A DNA stretch of 63,749 nt, the filler included, from Octopus bimaculoides (taxonomy: Eukaryota), in the NCBI RefSeq assembly GCF_001194135.2. It is 7 parts of 6 records of this genome, joined end to end, with 100 filler letters (N's around TTAATTAATTAA, not from the genome) between each part and the next. Parts side by side here need not be neighbours in the genome. Positions count along the whole stretch, not along the records: positions 1 to 23,741 come from NC_068983.1; positions 23,842 to 28,927 come from NC_068987.1; positions 29,028 to 39,117 come from NC_068986.1; 4 more parts are not named here. One strand, written 5' to 3'. The stretch's first letter is position 1. Each line of letters starts with the position of its first letter. Both the position numbers and the translations under genes were made by a program. Of the stretch, positions 16,207 through 29,505 are shown one piece after another. The notes beneath the pieces were generated by a model that saw only the letters and a list, made by a program, of their open reading frames with translations, was not told the DNA's origin and made no database searches.

Positions 16207-17040
16207 TTGACAGGTACTTTATTTTATCAATTCTGAAAAGAAGAAAGGCAGAGTTGACCTGCGCAGGATTTGAACTATGTGTAAAGGGGCAGAAGAAATA
16301 TCAAAGCATTTCGTCTGACTCCAACAATTCTACCAATTTGCCACTTTAATAATAATAATCCTTTCTACTACAAGGCACAAGGCCTGAAATTTGGGGGTAA
16401 AGGTTTGTCGATTACAATGACGCCAGGGTTCAACTGGTACTTATTTCATTGATCCCAAAAAGGATGAAAGGTAAAGTCGACCTCAGCGGAATTTGAACTC
16501 GGAACATGAAGACGGACAAAATGCCACAAAGCATTTTCCCAGTGTGCTAACGATTCTGCCAGCTTGATGCCTTAATAATAATGGTTTCAAATTTTGGCAC
16601 AAGGCCAGCAAGTTCAGAGAGGGGGTAAGTTGATTACATCAACCCTAGTTTCAACTGGTACTTATTTTATCAACCCTGAAAGGATGAAAGGTAAAGTTGA
16701 CCTTGGTAGAATTTGAACTCAGAATGTGATGATGAAATGCCATGAAGCATTTTGCCAGGCGTGCTAACGATTCTGCCAGCTTGCCACCTTAACAATAATA
16801 ATAATAATCCTGTCTACTGAAATTTTAGAGGAGGGGGAATAGTTGATTACATTGATCTCAATGTTTGACTGGTACTTATTTTTATTGACCCCAAAAAGAT
16901 GAAAGGCAAAGTGTACCTTGGCGGAATTTGAACTCAGAACAGTTACATCAACTCCAGTACTTGGCTGGTGTTTTATTTTATCAATGAAAGGCAATGTTGA
17001 CCTCACTGTGATTTGAACCCATAATGCAGATGGTCAGAAC
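16207..17040 (-). mobile_element. Tandem array of 4-5 SINE-C copies separated by short (TAA)n
   Basis: Repeated 'gatgaaaggtaaagtcgacctc..gaatttgaactc...gtgctaacgattctgccagc'; the minus strand has A box TGGCAGAATCGTTAG and B box GAGTTCAAATTC. Confidence 0.85.
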
Positions 17041-17189
17041 AAATATGGCTTAACAACAGAGATGTTAAGTAGTGACTATATGCTACAGGAAAGAGAAAAA
17101 GACACTTAAAACTTTGCTACAACAGTAATTCCAACAGTAATATTCTGAACTGAGCTTTTTATAAAATATCAAATTAAAGAAAATCTTTA

Positions 17190-17445
17190 ATAATTTATGC
17201 CTCGTTAAATATATCAAGAAACCTGTGATTGTGATTAAGACGCTTGCTGCAAAACTATGCAGTTTCAGGTTCAGTTCCAGTGCACAAGACCTTAGGCAAA
17301 TGTCTTCTACCATAGACACAGGCTGACCATTGCCTCATGAGAGAATTTAAGAAATGGAAACTGCACAGAAACCTGTTGTGTGTGCCTTACTGCTTGGTAA
17401 CTGGTACAGGTTTGTTAACACCATCAAGACTTAGCAGTTCAGCGA
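17190..17445 (+). mobile_element. SINE-A plus B within a local duplicate of 13792-14212
   Basis: Near-identical to 13980-14210, including the unique upstream flank. Confidence 0.7.
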
Positions 17446-17983
17446 AGTTGGTGTTTTGGGAGAAAATATTACAGTATTTGATCAAGCTCTTTGTGTTCTG
17501 TGTTAAAGTCCATCCTACCACTTAGCATGAAGTAGAAACACCTGTTTGTCAATTAGATACATTGAGTTGAGTAGTGCTATATGCTGTTTTCAAGATCATA
17601 ATAACATAATAAAGCATAATACCATGAAACAAATTCAAATTGATACTGATACACCTCCTGCAATGTTACTACTTCCTCAGTTGAAGAGATAGTCTTGCAA
17701 GTTATTTGGTGACCTCACTGGTGCTGGTGCCAAGTAAAAAGCACGCAGAACATTCTGTAAAGTGGTTGGCATTAAGAAAGGAATGCAGTTATAGAAACCA
17801 TGCCAAAGGAGTTGTTGGTATTCAGTGCAGTACTCTGGCTTGCCATCTCCATCTATCCATTCATTTGTCTCTCCATCTATTTGGGAGAAAATATTACAGT
17901 ATTTGATCAAGCTCTTTGTGTTCTGTGTTAAAGTCCATCCTACCACTTAGCATGAAGTAGAAACACCATTTCTCCTGATGAAC

Positions 17984-18320
17984 CACCCCACCCTTACTGG
18001 CACTTGTGCCGGTGGCACGTGAAAAAACATATGAGCGAGGTCGTTGCCAGTGCTGCTGGACTAGCTCATGTGCAGGTGGCACATAAAAAACACCATTTGA
18101 GTGTGGCCATTGCCAGTACTGCCTAACTGGCCCTCATGCCGGTGGCAAGTAAAAGCACCACTACACTCTCAGAGTGGTTGGCATTAGGAAGGGCATCCAG
18201 CTGTAGAAACTCTGCCAGATCAGATTGGAGTCTGGTGCAGCTTTCTGGTTCACCAGTCCTCAGTCAAATCATCCAACCCATGCTAGCATGGAAAGCAGAC
18301 ATTAAATGATGATGATGTAA
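17984..18320 (+). mobile_element. SINE-D with internal tandem subrepeats and a (GAT)n RTE-like tail
   Basis: 'ccaacccatgctagcatggaaagcagacattaaatgatgatgatg' tail; other copies on minus at 12245-12350, 15660-15755 and 50682-50912. Confidence 0.8.
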
Positions 18321-19084
18321 AGACAGATACAGACAGATAGATATGCAGGATGGATGGATGAATGATCAGATGACTGGAGAGACAGGCAGGTGGATAAATG
18401 AATGGATTGGATGGGCAGACAGATGGATGGCAAAACAGACAGGTATACTGATAGGCATATAGAGATGGATGGAGGGACAAGAAGACAGAAGCATGGATGG
18501 CTGGACAGGTAGACAGACAGATGAATAACTGGATGGATGGTTGGATAGACAGATAGGCAAATGGATGGATAGACAGACAAAGAGGAAGTAGAGAGAAAGA
18601 TGGATAGATATACAGATGATGAAACAAAAAGAATGGCTGGATAGTCAGATGACTGATTGATAAAACGTACAGATAGATTGATATTTAGTAAGAGAGTAGC
18701 ACTCATAACAATGCAAGTCCTCCAAGAGTGATGAAATCAATACTGTTGATGTTCAGCTTGGTCTTGCGTAAAGCCTAGCTCTGAAGGAAAAGCATGCGTG
18801 AGGAGGTGATTTTTGTAGTTCTGGCGAGGGCTTCTTGTATAAAATTTTTAATTTGGAATCTAATATAGGTGGTAAGATACACTAGGGGTGATAAGTTGAT
18901 AGGTGGGTATACTGGGTAGGATTGGGGGCGATTGATGAGCAGTTTGGTTGTCCAGAAGTGGAGATCATTGTAATGGTGAAACGTGAGGCAAAGAGAAATA
19001 ACAGAAAACCTGAAAGCCAGTGGTTGTGATGGATTGATGGATGGACAGATAGACAAAAGGATGGAGACATAGATGGAAAAATAG

Positions 19085-19360
19085 TAGTGCTCTTGACCAG
19101 CTCAAGGCCACTTTTCTTTGCTGCCCCATTGACCTAAATACCTGTGAGACAATTGCCAAGAACTGTCCAATGAGGCGGCATGTCATCATTGAGGGAATGG
19201 ACCAGATGGAAATAAAGCTGTCAAGAGGCAGAGATCAGCCATCAAAGACGCAAAGAGTGACTTGCACTTCCTTACCCCACTCCTTCCCCCAGCTCTTCTA
19301 TACCACTCTTTGCCAGAACAGCCACCTTAGATACCAGCACCCATCATACCCATCAAGATG
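19085..19360 (+). pseudogene. RTE (BovB-like) LINE C-terminal fragment
   Basis: DQLKATFLCCPIDLNTCETIAKNCPMRRHVIIEG resembles 'KDtLKa.Lk.c.Id..tWE..A.dR..WR..v..G'. Confidence 0.6.
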
Positions 19361-19870
19361 AAGAGGCTCAATCACTCACTGCAGATTAACTACTCGGATA
19401 TGAGTTAATGCTGATGAGATAGATTAGATGTATGGTTAGACATAAAGAGAGAATTGCTGAACTATGGATAGATAGATAGACAGAATCATTATATTAATAT
19501 GAAGTAGAGGAAGAAAAAGCAGCATCCACAACAGTTCAAACCATCCAAGAGTTATAAGCCTTTGCCAATCAGCCAAATAGTAGGTAATATATTTATAGAG
19601 GTTACACTAAGTTTGTAAACTGTCAGCAACAGATCAGAACTAAAATATTTCCTTATCCTGAAAAGAAAGCGGTTTCAGGAACAACTGTATACATGAAGTT
19701 ACCATGAAATATGATCAGGATTTGATTGTCTATGACCGTAGGTTCTGCTTAAATAGGCCTGCCCTGGGGTTAAACAACAAGCAGAAATCCTGGAGTTCAG
19801 CACTTGTAATGAATCTAAGGTGCTGAGTTATGTGTTGTTCATGTCTAAGGAGAGTATACTACAAGGGTAA

Positions 19871-20205
19871 GGGTAAAGACCCCTTTGGTCATGAATACCT
19901 ATGGGATTGCACCTAGAAAGTTACTCTCCGAGGCATAAGTCTGGGCAAAGTTGTTTGTGGAAGACCAGCATTCACCCATGCATACCAGCCACCCCTCTCC
20001 ATACCACCAATGTTATCTAAGGGAAAAGCAAAGGCTGATACAGCTTAGCACCAGTAATGTCAAAGCTCATTCTAGAGCTGAGTGAACTGGAGCAATGTGA
20101 AATAAAGTGCCTTGCTCAAGAACACAATATACAGCCCGGTTCAGGAATTGAACCCACTACCTCATGATCATGAACCCAATACTCTAACCACTAAGCCAGG
20201 AACCT
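19871..20205 (-). mobile_element. tRNA-derived SINE family T
   Basis: Reverse complement of 61692-62030 ('gtgttcttgagcaag..ctttatttcac.ttgctccagt'). Confidence 0.8.
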
Positions 20206-20758
20206 TCACAACCTTGCCCAGACTTGTGCTTTGAAAGGGAACTTTCTCGGTGCAGTCCCATAGTCATTCATGACTGAAAGGGCCCTTACCCATAGTGCAA
20301 CAGTGTTTTATTGATATGTATAGTAATTGTGTCACTATATGTATAGTGATTGTGTCAGTTGAAAGATGAGGACTAGGATGTTATATCTCTAATGGATAGG
20401 GGAACGGTAATTTCAATGTCTCTGACCATGAAGAATCATACATATAGGGATGTATGCAGTTACAAATGATTACAAGCAAATCATTAAATGCACAGCAAGA
20501 CTAATGCGAGAAGCATAACAAATCTTAGTCTACTATAATGAGTAGAGTAGTTTTAATAGGCAGACAGATATACATATAGATGGATGGATATATAAATATA
20601 AACAGACAAACAGATAGATAGGCAGACATATTGATGGATAGACAGATACAAATAGCAAGGAGACAGATAGTCGGCTAAGACAGATAGTCGGCTAAGACAG
20701 ATAGTCATAAAGACATGCAGTTGGAAAGACAGAGAATTTGAGAGAGAGAGAGAGAGAG

Positions 20759-20794
<36 letters not shown>

Positions 20795-21149
20795 AGGAAC
20801 AGAAATATATATAGACACCCACACAAGATCCCACAAGTCCTCATCAGAAGCTATTAGTTTTGGAAGTGAATGTTACATGTCTGAGAACATGCATAGATTC
20901 AGATCATGTATCAAATTACCCCAACCAAATGTGTGTGTAAAAAACAGCTACACATGCACAGTGTACTTGTTATACTTGCACAGAGCAACAGATTAATGGA
21001 GGTGAGAAAATTAGCTTCCTAGGCACATCCAACAATTTTGTGAGTCACTCTGAATTTGCTATGGCACTATGATAAGAGGGAGAAGAGTGAGATCTGGCCA
21101 GAATGCCTGCAAGAAAGGGGATTCTACTAAAGCATCTAAGTGCCAAATG

Positions 21150-21400
21150 GATTAAATCAAGATGGATTAAATCTACCATTCAAATTGGTCACAGCAAGAT
21201 TTGAATAAAGGATGCAAAGAGCTGGAAAAAATACTGCAAAGCAACCAGTTTGACATTCTTACAGTTCTGCTAGTCCACAGTCCTTGGATGGTACCTATTT
21301 TTTTTTTTTTTAGCAAACTGAAAGGATGATTGGCAAAGATCACCTCAGCAGGTTTTGAGCAGAGTGCAGAGAATCGGAACAAACGCTGCAAGGTATTCTG
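21150..21400 (+). pseudogene. Degenerate RTE-like LINE C-terminal fragment
   Basis: Weak match to 'G.R..Ggq.kr.kD.Lk.nl....W......G...FE...ae....KR'. Confidence 0.35.
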
Positions 21401-22561
21401 TCTGATGCTCTAATGACTATGCCAACTCACCAGGACTCAGAATTAGCTCTCACTTTTTCCCCTCTCTCTCCCATTCACCCATACACACAGCTAACCAGAT
21501 GGTTACAATAGTTCAACAATAACCATCAACCATAACAAGGCTGGATATATAAAACATTTAGGCATGGTATTCAGATACTGGTTGCTGTTTAGCCCCCAGA
21601 TAAGTTCTGATCAAGCATGTTCCAGTTTTTCCCATCTCATTTTATCTACTAAGAACAACATTCCTTCATTTTTTCCCCCACTGTGTCTCTCCTTCTTAAA
21701 GATGGAAAGATGTGGTTTTAGAGAAATTTGGTTGCCATTTCTAGCAGGTTGGACAACCACATGGAGCTCCCTCATTGCTTCATTGTAGTAATCTTAGTCT
21801 CATATGCAGACATACATTAAATTTTACACACTTCTACCATAAATATCTACAGCTATCTCATGCTTTTATACTAGAAAACATCAATACACATACAATCACT
21901 CACACACACACAAACATGCACACAAATCCAATTGATGAACCATCAGCACAAAATGGTGGAAAGGCAGACTCAACTTTGGCAATATTTTCAATTCAAAACA
22001 GTGAAGCAGTGAACCAGATAATGCAAAGTATTTCCATTGCCAAGAAAACAACAAAAAAAAAAAACATTAATGGACTCTGCTTTTGTTCATAAAATAATTT
22101 TGATTATTTTAGCTGAGGCTTTTGTATTTTGTTGCNNNNNNNNNNTCATTTACAATTTACACCACCAATACATTTGTAAAAGGTATGATTGCCACAACAT
22201 CCATTTTCTACAAAGGCTTAAAATTATAATATATACATTTTTGTCATATTTATAAAAAGTAATAAATGCAGAGAGAGAGAGAGAGAGAGTCAGACAGGCA
22301 GAATGAGAGAGAACAGGAGGTGATCAGTTACTGAATGTAAAGAGCCAAAAGTAGCCGAGGGGGAAGAGAAAGAGTGAGTGAGTAGGAAAGAGACAGACAG
22401 ACAGAAAATGAAAGGAAGAAAAGACAAAAGGAAAATATTTACTATGTGTAATAGTCCATCATCATGATTTAGTAAATGGTAAAAGAGAGGCAGTCAGTGT
22501 TAGAGAAGGGTTGAAAAATCAGAGGTGTCAATTATTGTCATTTTAACATGTTAGCATAGAT

Positions 22562-22830
22562 CAGGGGTTTTCAAACTTTTTGACTTGCAGACTCCTTTAT
22601 ATTTCAGGCTTTACCTTAGGGACCCCCTTATAAATGCTTATGAAATTTATACATAAATATTTGCTTAAAATAACATATATTTTTACATTTATTTATTTAA
22701 CAAATAGGTTTATTGTCAATTAAAAGATTTCGATTAAAAAACATATATAAAATCAAATTGCCCATAAAAAGTATTTGCTGTCTACAGACCCCTTGTCTTG
22801 TCCTTGCGGACCACAGTTTGAAAACCCTTG
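22562..22830. mobile_element. hAT-superfamily MITE
   Basis: 16-bp TIR CAGGGGTTTTCAAACT / AGTTTGAAAACCCTTG (1 mismatch); 8-bp TSD GCATAGAT (22554-61) / GCAAAGAT (22831-38), 7 of 8 identical. Confidence 0.9.
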
Positions 22831-22868
22831 GCAAAGATAAACCAGCTCAGCAACACAACATATATATA

Positions 22869-23164
22869 TATTCTTTTATTTGTTTCAGTCATTTGACTGT
22901 GGCCATGCTGGAGCACGGCCTTTAGTTGAACAAATCAACCCCAGGACTTNNNNNNNNNNNNNNNNNNNNNNNNNNNNNNNNNTATATATATATATATATA
23001 CGATGGGCTTATTTCCGTTTCCATCTACCAAATCCACTCATAAGGAGTTGGTCAGTCCAAGGCTATAGTTGAAGACACTTGCCCAAGGTGCCACGCAGCG
23101 GGATTGAACCCGGAACCATGTGGTTGGTAAGCAAGCTACTTACCACACAGCCACTCCTGTGCCT
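22869..23164 (-). mobile_element. SINE-A plus B (spans an N gap)
   Basis: B tail 22869-22949; A head 22990-23164. Confidence 0.8.
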
Positions 23165-23165
23165 C

Positions 23166-23635
23166 GGTGCAGGCATGGCTGTATGGTTAAGAAGCTCAGC
23201 CTTGCAACCATGTGGCTTTGAGTTTAGTCCCACTGCACAGTACTTTGGGCAAGTATATCTATACCATAAGCACAGCACCAAGGTGACCAATGACTTGAGA
23301 GTGAATTTGGTAGATGCAATCAGTGTGGAAGCCTGTTGTTTGTATGTGTGTGTGGATGTGCATGTGAACCTGTGTGTGTGAAAGCATGAGTGTATGTGGA
23401 TGTGTGTGCGTGCACATGCATGTCTGTGCATGTACATATGAGTGTGTGATTGTCCCACTTGACAACCGATGTTGGTCTGTTTTAAGTTTTAGTAACTTGG
23501 GCAGTTCAGATAAAGAGATTCATAAAATAAGTACCAGGTTTAAAATAATATGTACTAGGGGTCAATTTGCAACTAAACCCTTCAAAGCAGTGCCCCTGCA
23601 TGGCCACAGTCAAATGACTGATACAAGTGAAAGAT
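23166..23635 (+). mobile_element. SINE-A, TG microsatellite, B tail
   Basis: Head 'ggtgcaggcatggctgtatggttaagaag'; tail 'cagtcaaatgactgatacaagtgaaaga'. Confidence 0.8.
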
Positions 23636-23684
23636 AGCAGATATAACTATACATCTTTTATGCATTATGTGTGTGTATATATAC

Positions 23685-23741
<57 letters not shown>

Positions 23742-24399
23742 NNNNNNNNNNNNNNNNNNNNNNNNNNNNNNNNNNNNNNNNNNNNTTAATTAATTAANNN
23801 NNNNNNNNNNNNNNNNNNNNNNNNNNNNNNNNNNNNNNNNNTCATAAAAAGGAAAGGGTGCATAGGCACGTCTGGAGCAGTGTTGGTCAATTTAGAAAAG
23901 CAGGGAATTTTTGAAAGATACAATGTTTAGACTGCAAACAAGTGACCCAGGTAATTTATTCTATGCCTCGATAATTGCGAGTGTGTAAAAATGTTTCTGG
24001 CAATCATTGAGTAGAGAGCGTTGACCTTCGATTATTTCGTCTTTCGTTTCAGGCATTGCATATTTAGAACTACATTATCTATTGTATATTTCCCTCTTAA
24101 GACACTAAATATGATTTAGAAGAAATGGAATTTTCTTAAAGTGAAATATACCATTTTCTACAACATGCATTGGATCTTCTCTTCCTTATTCGTCGACAAA
24201 AAGTAAAGTTTAAATATAGTACAGGCATACACGCATCCGCGCGCACACACACATAATCCTCCCACATGTTTTAGGGTGTTGAATTATATTACATTGCATG
24301 GTTAATCTAAAGATGCCAATCAATACAAGAGGGTTATTGCCCTTTAGATACTAGTATGTATATATATGTCACGTAATGCCTTCCAATTATTTAATTTCT

Positions 24400-24560
24400 C
24401 CATCCATTCATCATTTCCGCTCACTATTCATGAGAGGGTCGTGGGGACTGAAATCCTCAGGCATCTCCTCCACAGGGTCTTATCAGAAGCAACCGTCATT
24501 ACTCTTTCCGGCTGGAATGGGAAGTGTGGTCACTTGACGCTACCTCAAGGTCTCCTGCCA
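24400..24560 (-). pseudogene. RTE 3' end fragment
   Basis: Reverse complement resembles the 3' ends of the 10.5-kb and 15.5-kb RTE copies ('gataagaccctgtggagg..', 'gtgagcggaaatgatgaatggatgg'). Confidence 0.6.
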
Positions 24561-25395
24561 ATTGGCTCGGTTTGAATATTTAATTTCAAAACAATTTAAA
24601 TGCTTTCATTTGTAAGAGTTCAGCATCAAATACTAGATCGATCAATATACTTTACATACAAAATTAGCAAAGAAAGAAAGAAAAAAAACGCTCGATCAAG
24701 GACATCGTATANNNNNNNNNNNNNNNNNNNNNNNNNNNNNNNNNNNNNNNNNNNNNNNNNNNNNNNNNNNNNNNNNNNNNNNNNNNNNNNNNNNNNNNNN
24801 NNNNNNNNNNNNNNNNNNNNNNNNNNNNNNNNNNNNNNNNNNNNNNNNNNNNNNNNNNNNNNNNNNNNNNNNNNNNNNNNNNNNNNNNNNNNNNNNNNNN
24901 NNNNNNNNNNNNNNNNNNNNNNNNNNNNNNNNNNNNNNNNNNNNNNNNNNNNNNNNNNNNNNNNNNNNNNNNNNNNNNNNNNNNNNNNNNNNNNNNNNNN
25001 NNNNNNNNNNNNNNNNNNNNNNNNNNNNNNNNNNNNNNNNNNNNNNNNNNNNNNNNNNNNNNNNNNNNNNNNNNNNNNNNNNNNNNNNNNNNNNNNNNNN
25101 NNNNNNNNNNNNNNNNNNNNNNNNNNNNNNNNNNNNNNNNNNNNNNNNNNNNNNNNNNNNNNNNNNNNNNNNNNNNNNNNNNNNNNNNNNNNNNNNNNNN
25201 NNNNNNNNNNNNNNNNNNNNNNNNNNNNNNNNNNNNNNNNNNNNNNNNNNNNNNNNNNNNNNNNNNNNNNNNNNNNNNNNNNNNNNNNNNNNNNNNNNNN
25301 NNNNNNNNNNNNNNNNNNNNNNNNNNNNNNNNNNNNNNNNNNNNNNNNNNNNNNNNNNNNNNNNNNNNNNNNNNNNNNNNNNNNNNNNNNNNNNN

Positions 25396-25467
<72 letters not shown>

Positions 25468-26808
25468 GTATATCAGTTATGCGCATCCACACACGCACAC
25501 ACATTCACATGCGTGCTTTCCTTCTCTCCCCGTCTCTGACGTACATTCTCAAGAACCAAAACATAGAAGTATGAGCCATTGAAGAGATCACGAATGGCGA
25601 TGAAATGACGTTGGCAATAAAGTGAAATAGAACCAGTGTGCGCGTTGATTATTGGCATTATATTGACCCTACAAATGAGATTCAAATACGGACGTGAATA
25701 AAAACAACAAACAAAACTCATTCACTTGTGAACTATGTCCTTTTTAGTATTTGTTCTGCACTGAGTTACAAATCGTTACAATCAGAAAGAAAACGTAACA
25801 ATTGATACGGTAGAAACATAACCAACGGCACTTTTTGCATAGAATATAATATAAGTAAATAAAGTAAATTTCGGCTCCTAGCATCGTGCGAAATGACTAA
25901 ATTGTGAGACAGACATTCAGAGTATTAAGTTTTTGCTTATGTATGAATACGGTAGGCGTGTGCGAGTATTTTATCTTATAGATCCATGTATCTTGAAAGA
26001 GAGAATGGACTTTGACAGGATTTGAACTATGTATGTAAAAAGATTTAACCAAATAAGGGCAAGTATTATATTTTCGAGCGTGACGCAAATCTGCAGGACG
26101 TGTTTATTCAGGGGAGATAATCCCATACTTGATGCTCTGCATTTTGAATTTAAGGGAGAGAACCGATGTTCGGCTGAAGGTGTATAGAAAATTATCGTTA
26201 TCGTAAATGTCACTGATGAGGATACAGCAAAATTTAAAATGGTCATTGTACGTTAATTTTGGAAGTGTGTTTTCTTTTATATATATTATGTGAGAGATAA
26301 ACTGGTATTACATTATCCGAATCGCGGTTTGAGCCATCATTGCGAAGCAGTGAAAGCAAGAATTACTGTAAAAATTTCAAATGTGCACGTATAACACACA
26401 CACACACACACACACACACANNNNNNNNNNNNNNNNNNNNNNNNNNNNNNNNNNNNNNNNNNNNNNNNNNNNNNNNNNNNNNNNNNNNNNNNNNNNNNNN
26501 NNNNNNNNNNNNNNNNNNNNNNNNNNNNNNNNNNNNNNNNNNNNNNNNNNNNNNNNNNNNNNNNNNNNNNNNNNNNNNNNNNNNNNNNNNNNNNNNNNNN
26601 NNNNNNNNNNNNNNNNNNNNNNNNNNNNNNNNNNNNNNNNNNNNNNNNNNNNNNNNNNNNNNNNNNNNNNNNNNNNNNNNNNNNNNNNNNNNNNNNNNNN
26701 NNNNNNNNNNNNNNNNNNNNNNNNNNNNNNNNNNNNNNNNNNNNNNNNNNNNNNNNNNNNNNNNNNNNNNNNNNNNNNNNNNNNNNNNNNNNNNNNNNNN
26801 NNNNNNNN

Positions 26809-26842
<34 letters not shown>

Positions 26843-27006
26843 CTATGAATTCTCGACCTCCTCATCTCTCTCTCCATATACGTATACATGGACGTAGACA
26901 CATACACGCAAATATACACGCACAAACGCACATGCATAATATCTGTGTGTGTGAGCGCGTGTGTGTATGTGTGTAAATAGAAATAGATAGATAGATAGAC
27001 AAACAC

Positions 27007-27043
<37 letters not shown>

Positions 27044-27276
27044 TAGAGAGAGAGAGAGAATCCATAGATTCATAAATGTGTGGATGTTTCTATTCAATTG
27101 TTTAGAGATAGATAGATAGATAGATAGAGAGAGAGAGTGAGGGGAGAGTGAGGGAGGAGGTGAGAGAGAGAAATATGCAAAGTAAGATGGACAGATAGAT
27201 AGGGAGAAAGACAGAGAAAGGGGGAGAAGCGAAAGGGAAAGACAGAGAAAGAGAGAGAAAGAGAAAGGTTTAGTAT

Positions 27277-27323
<47 letters not shown>

Positions 27324-29275
27324 TTATTTATGTAAATTATAGTACTAATGTGGTGCAGGTAGCATATTTAATGTAGCGAGTTGAAAAAATTGTTTAATAA
27401 AATATCTCTATAATGCTAATGAGGAAGAAACATTATTAACTTTTGTGATTCAGTCTGCTCATAAAAAGTCAAAATATCTAGTCAAGGGGGACAACTCCAC
27501 AATCCAGATTGGAATGAGGGCCTGCAGTGTTTGTGAATGTGATTTACCTCAGTTTAGCTCGTTTTGCAGAAAGAGGATTCGTGTTGTCCTGGTAATACAT
27601 ACACACACACACACACACGTGTAGTGAGTGTGTGTGTGTGTACTATCTGTCTGTCTGGCTGTCTCTCTCTCTCTCTCTCTATCTATACACACACGCACGC
27701 ACACACACACACACATACATATGTATGTATGTATGTATGTATGTGTGTGTGTGTGTGTGTGTGTGTCTGTGTGTGTGTTCCCTGAATATCAACTAAAATA
27801 CTGAAAAAAAAAACCTCGTATGTTTTAAACCAAGTCCTTTGCAATATTTGTTCTGTACTGAGGTACGCACAATCCCATGTCACTTTCTCCGCCAGAAATT
27901 CAATGAACCAGATATTTGCCCTGTTGAAAACCTGCATACAGTGATGCTATTATACACCAATTGTGTTACAAAAGAAAGAAATTTAAGTAGATGTAAGATC
28001 TTTGACATATGAAGATTATCTTGTTTATTTGTTTCAGAACGTTAAGTTTACTTGTTTAGCTCTCGAATGTTGAGAATTGTGATTAAAAGCGCTGTTGTCA
28101 AGTTCCTCTAACGGACCAATCTCACATCAATTACGTGGCAGTCAGAGACACAGATTATGAAACATCTAAGTTGTAAATCTTGAACAGTTACCGGAACCGT
28201 ATCGATTCATTTTTCACAGCAAAGTTTGACTATCCAGGCGAATATTAAACAAAAAGTTGTTTTTCTTTTACTTGGAATGTACATAGAATTTTATGAAGAG
28301 GATCGAAAAATTGTATAATTGTGACGTACATGACAACGTATAAAGTAATTATTTTCCCCTATGTCATGATCATTAGGATTTATCTTCCTATTCACCACAA
28401 GAGGACTAACAAGAATCCTTTTATCCAATTCAACTTTAGATATTATACTCCAAGAGGCCTATTACGTAATTGTACACTTCCATTACGTCTTATTTATAGG
28501 AGCAGTTATCTCCTATGAATTTCTCCAGAAAAGCCTCATGTTGTTTATTTACATTATCCTTGAAATAAAAAAAAAAAAAAATGCCAGTGAGTTTGCTGGA
28601 CTACAATGTCGTTACAATTGCTATTTATTTGGCGTGACGTGTGTGACAAAAATGGATATGACTTAAGTGATAAAAAAATTTCATGTTAAACACAGGGCTG
28701 TGTGGTTCTAGAAGAAGTTGTTCACATATAGATATATGGTTGAAAATGAACCATTTCAACTTACATTTACGGATATATGGTAAGTTTTCTGGACATTCTA
28801 AAAGTTTTTGAAACCCTGTCTTGGTTTAACCTTCGTGAGAATGGCCTCTAAAACGTAAATGACTTGAGTGCTAATTTTGGCATGTCAAGAAAAAAAGGAT
28901 CGTTGTGGCTAATCGAGTTTTATCTTCNNNNNNNNNNNNNNNNNNNNNNNNNNNNNNNNNNNNNNNNNNNNTTAATTAATTAANNNNNNNNNNNNNNNNN
29001 NNNNNNNNNNNNNNNNNNNNNNNNNNNATATATACATACAGAAAAGCATATATACCTATACATACATACTTATACACGTGCAGACATACACACACATATA
29101 CATTTACAAATATACAGGTAAACAGTTTTATATATTTTTTATATATCGATATCTGTGTATGCATATGCATGTATATATTTATGCACTTATGTATATATAG
29201 ATGTATAAATATGGTCGTGTATGTAAGTGTGTATGTATGTATATATATCTATCTACCTTTCTGTCTATTTGTTTT

Positions 29276-29339
<64 letters not shown>

Positions 29340-29457
29340 CCATCACTCGCTCTCTCTCACCCCTTATATCTATCTATCTATATATATTTATAACTAAATA
29401 TACATACATAAATATATCTATATATGTATATCTATGCATATATCTATGCATGAGCGC

Positions 29458-29505
<48 letters not shown>

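Noticed and set aside
17995-18160. Repeat-spacer-like units ('gccagtg/gtggcac') suggesting CRISPR
   Set aside because: These are internal subrepeats of SINE-D, also present at 50860; eukaryotic context, no cas genes, units not regular.
23742-23841. TTAATTAATTAA island inside N runs, repeated at 23786, 28972, 39162, 54357, 57765 and 61493
   Set aside because: Always 44 N + 12 nt + 44 N = 100 bp. It is an artificial six-frame-stop scaffold spacer for gaps of unknown size, not biology; adjacency across these gaps is uncertain.
26130-26270. 'IIVIVNVTDED' resembling a cadherin strand
   Set aside because: In-frame stop immediately before it and no other cadherin motifs (LDRE, DxG, DxNDN).
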